Source: an uncultured Terracidiphilus sp. (GTDB lineage: Bacteria; Acidobacteriota; Terriglobia; Terriglobales; Acidobacteriaceae). Taken from it: a stretch of 64,000 nt of DNA. Shown piece by piece: positions 45,510-54,377 of this stretch. Under the pieces are notes generated by a model. That model worked only from the letters and a program-made list of their open reading frames with translations. It was not told the origin of the DNA and ran no database searches. The position numbers were made by a program, and so were the translations under genes. The stretch's first letter is position 1. The number at the start of each line of letters is the position of its first letter. Location: positions 10,661-74,660 of the forward strand of contig CAZFMB010000008.1 of assembly GCA_964520005.1 (NCBI GenBank), read 5' to 3'.

Positions 45510-46556
45510 ATGAAACACAGAGCCGTATTGGCTATCCTCGCCTGCGCTACAGCGCTCAGCTTCTTTCCGGAGCTACCTTGCGCCTCAGCACAGGAAACCC
45601 TTAACTTTTTGCGTTATGTACCGGGCACTGGCGGCACACGCCAGCCGCGCACGAGCAACGGCGGACAGTTTATGAAATTTGCCTCATCCCAAGTCGGAAT
45701 ACCAAATACGCCGGGCGCAACCATCTCTGTACAAACATCCTTTCAAACTCCATATCCATCAACTACCCAGGGAATCCAATATGTACTGTCCTATGTCAAC
45801 ATCCTCGGCGGCGCAAATGGCGGCATCAACGTCAATCCAGACGCCAACGGAATCATGCCGCAGACCACGAATGTGACGCTGCAGAACACGTCCGATCCAA
45901 CGTTGATCGTGAATGCCTACTACTATCCGGAAGGGGGAACTTGTCCACCGGGCCAAGTGTGCGGCACGGCGTACATTGACCAATTCGACGATGTACTGGG
46001 ATCGCTGGAGAGCGACACGTTCGTAAATGTCTATACGACGCCTCCACCGACGGCAAGCCCGACACTAACCAAGACAGGTAATGTGGACGGGTATGTGACG
46101 ACGGGGACTAGCGCGGTGCAAATCGACGCTATCCAGACCACGGCACAGGGAAGGATCTTCGACGAGTGGTCTGGCGGGCCGGGAGGAACGATCAACGGCA
46201 ACAACCTGAGCGTAGGCAAGGGAATCACGCTGTATGAGTTTGCGCATTATCACTCGAAATGTCCCAATGGTTTGATCTGGAGTTCAGGGGCTACGGTCAG
46301 CCAATGCGTGACGCCCAGCTGCCCGAAAGGGGAATATTGGAGCGCGGAGTACAACCAGTGCATTCAAACCTGCCCTAGTGGAGATTATTGGAATGTAACC
46401 ACCAAGAAATGCGTGACCATCGGGAATCCTAACGGTGAGCACTGCAATATGAAATGTCCCGCAGGCACAAGCTGCTATGCCGTGGCTTTTGAATGCGATT
46501 GCATTTGCGGGGTCCTGAACCCGAACACGGGATGGCATACATCAACGCAACAATGA
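45510..46556 (+). CDS. secreted Cys-rich protein, paralog B
   Basis: AAGGAGGA RBS then MKHRAVLAILACATALSFFPELPCASAQE. Same architecture as paralog A, including repeated CP.G..W......C units. Confidence 0.6.
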   Translation: MKHRAVLAILACATALSFFPELPCASAQETLNFLRYVPGTGGTRQPRTSNGGQFMKFASSQVGIPNTPGATISVQTSFQTPYPSTTQGIQYVLSYVNILGGANGGINVNPDANGIMPQTTNVTLQNTSDPTLIVNAYYYPEGGTCPPGQVCGTAYIDQFDDVLGSLESDTFVNVYTTPPPTASPTLTKTGNVDGYVTTGTSAVQIDAIQTTAQGRIFDEWSGGPGGTINGNNLSVGKGITLYEFAHYHSKCPNGLIWSSGATVSQCVTPSCPKGEYWSAEYNQCIQTCPSGDYWNVTTKKCVTIGNPNGEHCNMKCPAGTSCYAVAFECDCICGVLNPNTGWHTSTQQ

Positions 46557-46714
46557 GATGCATACAAATCGCGACGAAGGATACGAGCAAAACCTTTGAC
46601 AGGGCGGGCCGCGCACACGCGTGGCCCGCGTTGTCCGGGGCGCAACAACGCGCTATCAACCGATTGATAGAATTTTGCAACTTCAATTCATCAAATTGAT
46701 TTGAGCGAGTTGCA

Positions 46715-47542
46715 TCAGGAGCGTAGGAGGAGTTGCAGGGCGCCGCGGGCGTTTTGCAGGCAGCCGCGGGCCTCGTCCTCTGAAATGAGGCCCTGGTGGA
46801 CTGCTTTGCGGCCGATATCGTTGACCAGGTTGGCTATGCGGGGAAAATCCGAGTCGAAGCCGGTCATCTTGAGGTTATTGTTCACCTCATGAAGGAGATT
46901 TCCGAGCGTCGCTGTATTGCGGTAACGGGAGCGAATCTGCCCGGTGAGCGCGATGGGGAGTTTTTGCTTGATGGCCTCCTCGAGAACCGAGCGGCACATG
47001 ATGGCGCAGGCGGTAAACAAGCCAAAGAAATAGCATCGTGTGGCTTCGTCGAGATAGCGGTCGGCCTCCTCTGAACTGGGAGAGGCGACGACACATTCGC
47101 GCAGGTGCGTGGCGCGTTGCACGGCGGGCTCGACCAGCTCGAGTAACTCGAGGGCAAAGGCAATGCGGAGCAGATTGTTTTGCTGGCCGTCGAGAGCACG
47201 CTGAATCTCTTGCCATGCGGGAGTCGGTCCTTCGAAGCCGGCATATTGCAGCTTGGTAAGCGAGGTGAGGCGCTGACGCGCATGTTGTATGAAGCCTTGG
47301 CGCATCTCCTGGGCTAGAAGTTGCCAACCGGCGACAAAAGCCTCGGGATCCTGCTCATAGCGCGCCCACAATTCGTCATAGACAATGCCCGGCAGCACCT
47401 CGCGCAACTGTGCAAATCGGCCTGTCCGCGCCAGTTCGGAGATGGCTTCGCAAAACTCGCGGCCAGGCGTTCCCTCAGCTGACATCTGGAAGAGTTGATC
47501 CTCCAGGCGGCCTATGTCGATCCCCATCTCCGATGTCCTCAT
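46715..47542 (-). CDS. hypothetical protein with DUF4145/HEPN-like C-terminal domain
   Basis: C-terminal half YLDEATRCYFFGLFTACAIMCRSVLEEAIKQKL...LGNLLHEV...ANLVNDIGRKAVHQG resembles DUF4145. Assignment from memory only. Confidence 0.4.
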   Translation of the reverse strand: MRTSEMGIDIGRLEDQLFQMSAEGTPGREFCEAISELARTGRFAQLREVLPGIVYDELWARYEQDPEAFVAGWQLLAQEMRQGFIQHARQRLTSLTKLQYAGFEGPTPAWQEIQRALDGQQNNLLRIAFALELLELVEPAVQRATHLRECVVASPSSEEADRYLDEATRCYFFGLFTACAIMCRSVLEEAIKQKLPIALTGQIRSRYRNTATLGNLLHEVNNNLKMTGFDSDFPRIANLVNDIGRKAVHQGLISEDEARGCLQNARGALQLLLRS

Positions 47543-48407
47543 TCGCAGAGTTTAGTCTGTAAACTGTCCAGGCCAGAGAAAAACGTGAAGGTACTTTCGT
47601 TTGGGGTGCTGGAATGGGAAGCATTATTGCCCGCTCCCGTGATCGGAAATTCTCTCGGCTCACTTGCGACTCGTTTTTATACACTTTCTTCTATCCTTCC
47701 AATCCAGCGACGAAAAGATCGATATATTCCTCCTCTGTGGATTGCTGGTCTGCTGTAACCCCTTTTCCTATGCGGCCTCAGACGCGCTTTTCACATAATC
47801 CACCTCCTTTACACAGCCCTTTTTGAGTCGCCTGTGGGAGTGGTGGGAAATTGAGGCCGCAAAACATGCTCACCGTCCTGTTTTCCAATTGCCCTCAATT
47901 ACACAGCCTGGTTTTAGAAAACTCTCCTCCTAGCCAACCTGTTCTCCCTTAACCATTTCGACTGACTTTCCACTTTTCCTTGCTGAACTACGGGTACTAC
48001 TGTCTTTATTCTTTATTACATCTACCTTTATTCACCTTCCGTCGCAGACACCCCTCTAAGCTTTCTCCGGGGCTGAAGCCCGTGTTGATTCTAGCGGCAT
48101 CTGCGGAGGTTGAAACCCCCGCCTTCCTCTGCCTTACTTCCGCTCCCTCTGCTCCAATCGCTCCCCCCTTCGTTATCTTCTCAGCACTTTCCGTCATGAT
48201 CCCGCTTCCTCCGAGGAGTCAGTTGGATGCCCAGGAATGCAGAGAACGGCCTAGTTTTCCACGCGCCAAGTAGCGTAAAGGTGCATACAATCAAGAAGAA
48301 GAAAAGAAAGCGGTTTCCGGCAGGCGGCTAGTTGTTGTACAGTGTGGCCAGCGTGGAAATTGCTTTGATGGGGATTTTTTCGCGAGTGGCAAAGCGGGGG
48401 TGGGATT

Positions 48408-49580
48408 ATGGCGAAAGCAGAGACAGAAGTCGAGAAGCCGTCCGCGACAGGGACAGCGATGGAGATAACTGTAAGCCGTCAGGAGCTTTTGAAGGAGCTG
48501 ACTGCGACACAGAGCGTGGTGGAACGCAAGACTACCATTCCGATTTTGTCCAATTTTCTTATTGAAGCCGAGGGCGACCGGTTGAACATTACGGCCACCG
48601 ATCTCGACCAGGCGATCCGCACCAGCGCCGCAGCCAAGGTGAAGAAGGCGGGCGCCTGCACCATTCCCGCACGCAAGCTCTATGACTACGTGAAGCTGCT
48701 GCCCGACGGCGACATCTCCATCAAGCTACTGGAAAATCATTGGGTGCAGATTCGCAGCGGCCGCTCGAACACGAAGATGGTGGGGATGGCGCGCGCCAAC
48801 TTTCCGCAGGTGCCGGAGTTTCCATCCATCGCGGCGACCGGAATTTCATCGGTGGCGCTGAAGACGCTGATCAATCGTACAATTTTCGCTATCTCGAATG
48901 AAGAATCGCGCTACACGCTGAACGGCGCACTGCTGGTGATCAAGGCGGAGTCACTGGCCATGGTGGCGACCGACGGGCATCGGCTGTCGTACGTGGAGAA
49001 GACCAACGAGACACTTGAAGGCATCAGCGGCGAGAAGCGCGTGCTGATTCCGCGCAAAGCGCTGCACGAGCTGGTGCAGTTGCTTTCAGCCTCCGATGCT
49101 GGCAAGGTGGAGTTCGCCGACGACGAGCACACGCTTTTTTTCCGCGTGGGGCATCGCACGTTGAGCACACGCAAGCTCAGCGGGCAGTTCCCCAACTTTG
49201 AGGCGGTGATGCCGCGCGACAATACCAAGTTCGCAGTGGTGCGATCGAGCGAGCTGGCCGCGGCCATTGAGCGCGTGGCGCAGTTTGCCGAAGAGCGGTC
49301 GGGAGCCATACGGCTGCGGCTGGAGAGCAACGAACTTAAGCTCAGCGCCAACTCCAGCGAGAGCGGCGAGAGCGAAGATACCATCGACACACCCTACACG
49401 AGCGACCCCATTGCAGTGGGCTTCAATTCCGGCTACATTCTCGACTTCCTGAGAGCGTTGGGGAATGAAGGCGAGGTGCGGCTGGAGTTCAAGGATTCGC
49501 AGTCGGCGGGACAGATGCGGCCAGAAGATCCGGATGCGGAGTACAAGTATCGGTATGTGTTGATGCCGATGCGGATCTGA
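48408..49580 (+). CDS. dnaN: DNA polymerase III beta sliding clamp (alternative start 48459)
   Basis: MEITVSRQELLKELT..VVERKTTIPILSNFLIEAEGD.L.ITATDLD, three-domain length, C-terminus YRYVLMPMRI. Confidence 0.9.
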   Translation: MAKAETEVEKPSATGTAMEITVSRQELLKELTATQSVVERKTTIPILSNFLIEAEGDRLNITATDLDQAIRTSAAAKVKKAGACTIPARKLYDYVKLLPDGDISIKLLENHWVQIRSGRSNTKMVGMARANFPQVPEFPSIAATGISSVALKTLINRTIFAISNEESRYTLNGALLVIKAESLAMVATDGHRLSYVEKTNETLEGISGEKRVLIPRKALHELVQLLSASDAGKVEFADDEHTLFFRVGHRTLSTRKLSGQFPNFEAVMPRDNTKFAVVRSSELAAAIERVAQFAEERSGAIRLRLESNELKLSANSSESGESEDTIDTPYTSDPIAVGFNSGYILDFLRALGNEGEVRLEFKDSQSAGQMRPEDPDAEYKYRYVLMPMRI

Positions 49581-49605
49581 AAAGCTGGGAATAGTGGAAT
49601 AGAAA

Positions 49606-49631
49606 ACGGCCCAGCAGCGATGCTGGGCCGT
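49606..49631 (+). terminator. hairpin downstream of dnaN
   Basis: ACGGCCCAGCAGCGATGCTGGGCCGT: 10-bp stem with a GCGA loop and no clean T-run. A near-identical copy lies at 54312-54337. Confidence 0.5.
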
Positions 49632-49703
49632 CACTATTTATTGGTTAGGCTTCCGATAAAGAAAGAATTCACAATCTTTTGTCTATCATCTCAAAATCAA
49701 GAT

Positions 49704-49758
49704 GTGGGCTACCGCCCGCCCGCTCATCGCGATAAGACTGCGATAAACGTGGCACAGC
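49704..49758. repeat. about 55-bp REP-like element, copy 2
   Basis: GTGGGCTACCGCCCGCCCGCTCATCGCGATAAGACTGCGATAAACGTGGCACAGC; see 36646-36699. Confidence 0.7.
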
Positions 49759-49961
49759 TTGTCAGGATTTATAGCGATTGTTGTTCATGGCAATTTTCGG
49801 AATTGATGTATGGGTCGCTTGCCGGTCATCCAGGTCCGGGAAATACTGCATCTGGGTAACTTCTCCCGCGTCAAATGATTACATTTGAATGACAGATACC
49901 CACATAAAATGCTTGAGAATAATTGCAGAGAAAGGCAGAGTGTTGCGGAGGATCTATCTGA

Positions 49962-51032
49962 ATGACGACCGCATACATAAACCGCATTGCGACGGCCGTT
50001 CCTCCGCACGATATTCATCGGGCCTTCATCGATTTTGCCGGCAGTATGCTTGCCGAGGGCACAGTACGCAACCTCTTTCGGCGCATGGCGCGTCTCTCCG
50101 CCATTGAACACCGTTACTCATTTCTGCAGCCTGTCACTTCTCCAGATGGTTCCTGGAAGGATGCGGAAGATCTTTATGAGCGGGGAAATTTTCCCGCAAC
50201 AGCGCGCCGGATGCAGTTGTTTGAGCGCTTTGCTCCACAACTTGCGCAACATACACTGGACAAACTTGCGCTGACAGAGGAAGAGCGGCGCGGCATAACG
50301 CATGTGATTGTAACCTCGTGCACGGGACACTATGCGCCGGGCCTGGACTTCGATGTAGTGAACCATTTAGGGCTCAACCCATCGGTCGAACGCACGATGA
50401 TCGGCTTTATGGGCTGCTACGCCGCTATCAATGCCCTGAAGTCGGCCCATCACATCATTCGCTCTGAGGCTGAAGCCAAAGTTCTGGTATTGAACCTGGA
50501 ACTGTGCACTCTGCACCTTCAGGAAACGCAAGACATCGAGCAGGTTCTCTCATTTTTGCTTTTTGCCGACGGCAGCGCTGTAAGCCTTATCAGCGCGCGC
50601 CCGGAGGGACTGGCTATTGACAGCTTTCTGGCAGTTACCATTCCGAAGACAAACCAACTGATTACATGGCGGATTGGCGACCTTGGATTCGATATGCATT
50701 TATCCGGACAAGTTCCAAGTGAGATTGGTCACGCGCTGCATAAGCTGGGCCGGCAAATAACGCGCGATCAAGATCCATTGTCGATCGGTTTATGGGCAGT
50801 ACATCCAGGAGGCCGCTCCATTCTCGATTCGGTGGAGAAGGGCTTAGGACTCGATGAGGATGCGCTCTGCTGTTCTCGCGACGTTCTGGCGAGATACGGT
50901 AACATGTCTTCTGCCACGGTGATGTTTGTGCTGGAGCAGACGATGCAGCGCTCACAGCCGGGGCAGCAAGGCTGCGCCATGTCGTTCGGGCCGGGGCTGA
51001 CGGCGGAGACGATGCTCTTTCATGCTGCCTAA
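49962..51032 (+). CDS. type III polyketide synthase (chalcone/stilbene synthase family)
   Basis: Cys-His-Asn triad contexts: VTSCTGHYAPGLD, AVHPGGRSIL, GNMSSATVMFVL. Also LFADGSA. Confidence 0.9.
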   Translation: MTTAYINRIATAVPPHDIHRAFIDFAGSMLAEGTVRNLFRRMARLSAIEHRYSFLQPVTSPDGSWKDAEDLYERGNFPATARRMQLFERFAPQLAQHTLDKLALTEEERRGITHVIVTSCTGHYAPGLDFDVVNHLGLNPSVERTMIGFMGCYAAINALKSAHHIIRSEAEAKVLVLNLELCTLHLQETQDIEQVLSFLLFADGSAVSLISARPEGLAIDSFLAVTIPKTNQLITWRIGDLGFDMHLSGQVPSEIGHALHKLGRQITRDQDPLSIGLWAVHPGGRSILDSVEKGLGLDEDALCCSRDVLARYGNMSSATVMFVLEQTMQRSQPGQQGCAMSFGPGLTAETMLFHAA

Positions 51033-51744
51033 CAAGCTTGATTTCAGCCGCCGCGCGCAGCTCACGGAGCGAATGGATGAGCCTTGCAGCCGAGAGGAAT
51101 TACGCGCCTGCCTGCGCGATATTGCTAAGACAAACCGCTGGCTGATGGCCTATCGACCGACGTTGCATTGGCTCGACTGTCTTGAATTAGAGTCTCTCGC
51201 TTGTCCGCTTCGTATCCTCGATGTGGGCTGTGGCTATGGAGACGGACTGCGGCGGATTGAGCAATGGGCAAAGGCACGCGGAGTTGCCGTGGAGCTGACT
51301 GGCCTCGACCACAATGCGGATGCTACCGCAATCGCAGCGGAGGCCAGTGCGGCGGGGAGCGAGATCCAGTGGGTTACCGCGGATGTATTTGCGTACACTC
51401 CGCAGAAGCCGGTTCACCTCGTAGTCAGCTCCCTCTTCACGCACCATCTTGCCGAAGCCGATGTAATTCGATTTCTGCGATGGATGGAGCGGCATAGCGA
51501 GCTGGGATGGTTTATCAACGATCTATCTCGCGCCGCCATTCCGTATTATGCCTTCCGTGTCCTTTCGAAGTTAGCTGGCCTTCATCCCTTTGTGCAGTAT
51601 GATGGGCCTGTTTCGATAGCGCGGTCTTTCGTGGAGGAAGATTGGCGAAGGATGTGCGCAGCAGCGGGACTGGACGATGGGGAGGTAGTTATCAAGGGAA
51701 TGAAACCGGCAAGGTTATGTGTGGGACGGAGAAAACCACGGTGA
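51022..51744 (+). CDS. SAM-dependent methyltransferase
   Basis: ILDVGCGYGDGLRRI (motif I). Overlaps the PKS stop by 11 nt. Confidence 0.8.
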   Translation: MLPNKLDFSRRAQLTERMDEPCSREELRACLRDIAKTNRWLMAYRPTLHWLDCLELESLACPLRILDVGCGYGDGLRRIEQWAKARGVAVELTGLDHNADATAIAAEASAAGSEIQWVTADVFAYTPQKPVHLVVSSLFTHHLAEADVIRFLRWMERHSELGWFINDLSRAAIPYYAFRVLSKLAGLHPFVQYDGPVSIARSFVEEDWRRMCAAAGLDDGEVVIKGMKPARLCVGRRKPR

Positions 51745-52883
51745 ACAGATTGAACAAGCCACGCCAAACCATAGATCATCTGGTGATCGGAGGAGGTCCC
51801 GCGGGATCGATGGTTGCCATGCGTCTTGCAGCCGCGGGACGCGATGTAACGCTGCTGGAAAAAGAGCGGTCGGCCCACCATAAGGTCTGCGGTGAGTTTC
51901 TGAGCGGCGAAGCTATCGATTACCAGAGACTTGCCGGAGTCAATCCATTGGATCTCGGCGCAGCCACGATCCGCTCCATTCGGCTGTGCTCGAAGCATGG
52001 GGTTGCTGAAGCTGCATTGCCCTTCACCGCGCTCTCGCTTTCGCGCTATGCCCTGGATGCTGCCATGATGGCGCGCGCGGCAGAGAGCGGTTGCGAAGTA
52101 CGGCTTGGCTCGCTCGTTACGAGGCTCACCCGGCGCGATGATGATTGGCTTGTCGAACTTCAGAACGGAGAAGTATTGCGTGCACGCACGGTCTTCCTTG
52201 CCAATGGGAAACACGATCTTCGCGGATGGGAGCGCGGGCACGGCGTACAGGGTGACCTGATCGGCTTCAAGATGCACTGGCAACTGGCGCCGGCGCAGAT
52301 TGAGGATTTGCGGGGCGCTTTGGAGATGTTTCTCTTCCGCGGCGGATATGGAGCACTGTCGCTGGTAGAAGGCGATGCGGCTAACTTGTGCCTGGTGGTC
52401 AGACGCAGCGAGTTGCGCAGGATAGGCGGATGGAGTGAGCTGCTAGCCGACTTGCTTGATGGCAGCCGGCAGCTACGAAAGCGTTTGCACTGCGCAAAGG
52501 CATTGTGGGATCGGCCATTGGCCATCTCTCCCATTCCATATGGGTATCTTGTTAGAGGCGGTTCCAGCTTGTGGTGCATAGGCGATCAGGCCGCGGTGAT
52601 TCCTTCATTTACCGGAAATGGCATGTCCATCGCACTGCACAGCGGAAGATTGGCGGCGGAGATGTTTCTGGCTGGCGCCCGCGAGGATGAGTTTCACCGC
52701 AGGCTGCACAAACAACTCCGTCGCGGGATGTCGCTTGCGACGCTTATCTCGCGCGCTATGGTAACCGGAGCGGGACGCATGATGATGCCGCACAGTCTTT
52801 CGCTCTATCCAAATACAATGCGATGGATTGCGGCGTCAACCAGAATCCCTGAATGGGCCTTGCTTACCAAACCGGTAAGCTGA
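51741..52883 (+). CDS. FAD-dependent oxidoreductase (geranylgeranyl-reductase / aromatic hydroxylase-like)
   Basis: DHLVIGGGPAGSMVAMRLAAAGRDVTLLEKE (Rossmann GxGxxG). Preferred start is the GTG at 51741, overlapping the methyltransferase stop (GTGA). An alternative ATG is at 51717 and the listed start is 51642. Confidence 0.8.
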   Translation: MNRLNKPRQTIDHLVIGGGPAGSMVAMRLAAAGRDVTLLEKERSAHHKVCGEFLSGEAIDYQRLAGVNPLDLGAATIRSIRLCSKHGVAEAALPFTALSLSRYALDAAMMARAAESGCEVRLGSLVTRLTRRDDDWLVELQNGEVLRARTVFLANGKHDLRGWERGHGVQGDLIGFKMHWQLAPAQIEDLRGALEMFLFRGGYGALSLVEGDAANLCLVVRRSELRRIGGWSELLADLLDGSRQLRKRLHCAKALWDRPLAISPIPYGYLVRGGSSLWCIGDQAAVIPSFTGNGMSIALHSGRLAAEMFLAGAREDEFHRRLHKQLRRGMSLATLISRAMVTGAGRMMMPHSLSLYPNTMRWIAASTRIPEWALLTKPVS

Positions 52884-52908
52884 AGTGACTGTCAGGCGAC
52901 GGCAGAGG

Positions 52909-52967
52909 CAGATGCGGCCGGAAGATCCTGACTCGGAGTACAAGTACCGAAACGTGCTGATGCCGAT
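52909..52967 (+). pseudogene. orphan duplicate of the dnaN 3' end
   Basis: 59 bp align with 49512-49570 with 9 mismatches. The fragment translates QMRPEDPDSEYKYRNVLMPI*; dnaN reads QMRPEDPDAEYKYRYVLMPMRI*. Confidence 0.75.
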
Positions 52968-53161
52968 ATAGAATTGTTTATCTCTCGGAGCCATGATAAA
53001 TTGTTGGCAGTTTTCCGGTCAGTGAATTTCTGTCGCGAGTTTCTTCCGGTTACACTGAGGAACGACGGGCGGATTGGTGTACTCGCAGAATTGCAATCAA
53101 ATTGAGATTGATGGGCAATTCGCCATACGGTTAGATTCTCGCAATAGGAAAGAGGATACGT

Positions 53162-54283
53162 ATGAATAGGATCAAACTTTGTTTCCCGATCTCTGTGCTA
53201 TTTTTCACGTTTCCCTTTTGCGGCTGCGGAGGAGGCAGCGCAACAAGCAGCAACACCGGCGGCAATTCGGGAGGCACCACCACAACGGTCTATGCAGTGG
53301 GCGGCTCGTACAATCCGATAAGCGGAGCCTCGCAAGCCAACTACTGGACGAATGGCGTATCGTCTCCCGTCGCCGGAGGAGTTACCGGGTATGATCCCGG
53401 CGAAAATACCTGGTCGATTGCCGCATCTGGCAGCAACGTCTACATGGCGGGCGATGGTTATGACGGCGCGACCGGCAATTATCAAGCCATGTCGTGGGCA
53501 AACGGCACGGTTACCGCTCTTACTGATGGAACCGTGAATGCCTCAGCGAACGGAATTGCCGTCTCCGGCAGCGACGTCTATATAGCTGGCTATAAATACG
53601 ACAGCGCAACCGGCAACTACATTGCGGTGTACTGGAAGAACAACACGCTCGTGCCGCTTACCGATGGAACCGTGAGTGCCGGGGCAAGTGCAATCACTAT
53701 CTCTGGAAGCGATGTCTATGTAGCGGGTTCCCAGACCAACTCCGCGACCGGCCGCGCTGAAGCCGTCTACTGGAAGAACGGCGTAGCCACGGCTCTGCCC
53801 GCCGCACCACCGTTGAACACCAGTGTTGCTAACGCAATTGCCCTCTCTGGCAACGATGTCTATGTTGCGGGCTTTGAAAACTACGATGGTGGCATCACAG
53901 CAGCCTGTTACTGGAAAAACGGCTCAACGGCCGTTGCCCTCGGTCAGAATGGATCGATTGCGTCAATGGCATACTCAATCGCCGTCTCCGACGGCAATGT
54001 TTATATCGCTGGAGTTGACACGAACTCTACGAACGACCATGGCATAGCTGTATATTGGATGAACGGTACGGAAGTGACCATCTCAAGTCTTTCTCCATCG
54101 GCGATGGCTTTGGGATACGGGATTGCCGTCTCCGGCAGCGATGTCTATGTAGCAGGCCAGCAGTGGGACTCCACAACTCAATACTATGTACCCTACTACT
54201 GGAAGAATGGAGTGGGTACGGCGCTTCCCGCAACAACAACGGAGGACGGTATAGCGACTTCGATTGCCGTTGTGGTTCAGTAG
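53162..54283 (+). CDS. lipoprotein with seven about 46-aa repeats (beta-propeller-like)
   Basis: Lipobox FPFCGC. Seven units of the form SGS(D/N)VY(V/I/M)AG...ATG...AVYWKNG..T.L. Confidence 0.65.
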   Translation: MNRIKLCFPISVLFFTFPFCGCGGGSATSSNTGGNSGGTTTTVYAVGGSYNPISGASQANYWTNGVSSPVAGGVTGYDPGENTWSIAASGSNVYMAGDGYDGATGNYQAMSWANGTVTALTDGTVNASANGIAVSGSDVYIAGYKYDSATGNYIAVYWKNNTLVPLTDGTVSAGASAITISGSDVYVAGSQTNSATGRAEAVYWKNGVATALPAAPPLNTSVANAIALSGNDVYVAGFENYDGGITAACYWKNGSTAVALGQNGSIASMAYSIAVSDGNVYIAGVDTNSTNDHGIAVYWMNGTEVTISSLSPSAMALGYGIAVSGSDVYVAGQQWDSTTQYYVPYYWKNGVGTALPATTTEDGIATSIAVVVQ

Positions 54284-54311
54284 CGGAATATTGTGTGAAG
54301 GGAAGAGAATG

Positions 54312-54337
54312 ACGGCCCGGCAGCGATGCCGGGCCGT
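54312..54337 (+). terminator. hairpin, paralog of the dnaN terminator hairpin
   Basis: ACGGCCCGGCAGCGATGCCGGGCCGT differs from 49606-49631 at two positions that pair with each other (A-T changed to G-C). Confidence 0.5.
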
Positions 54338-54377
54338 GGTGTTTGCGAGGCGTGGTAGATGGAGCTATTGAAGCAGA

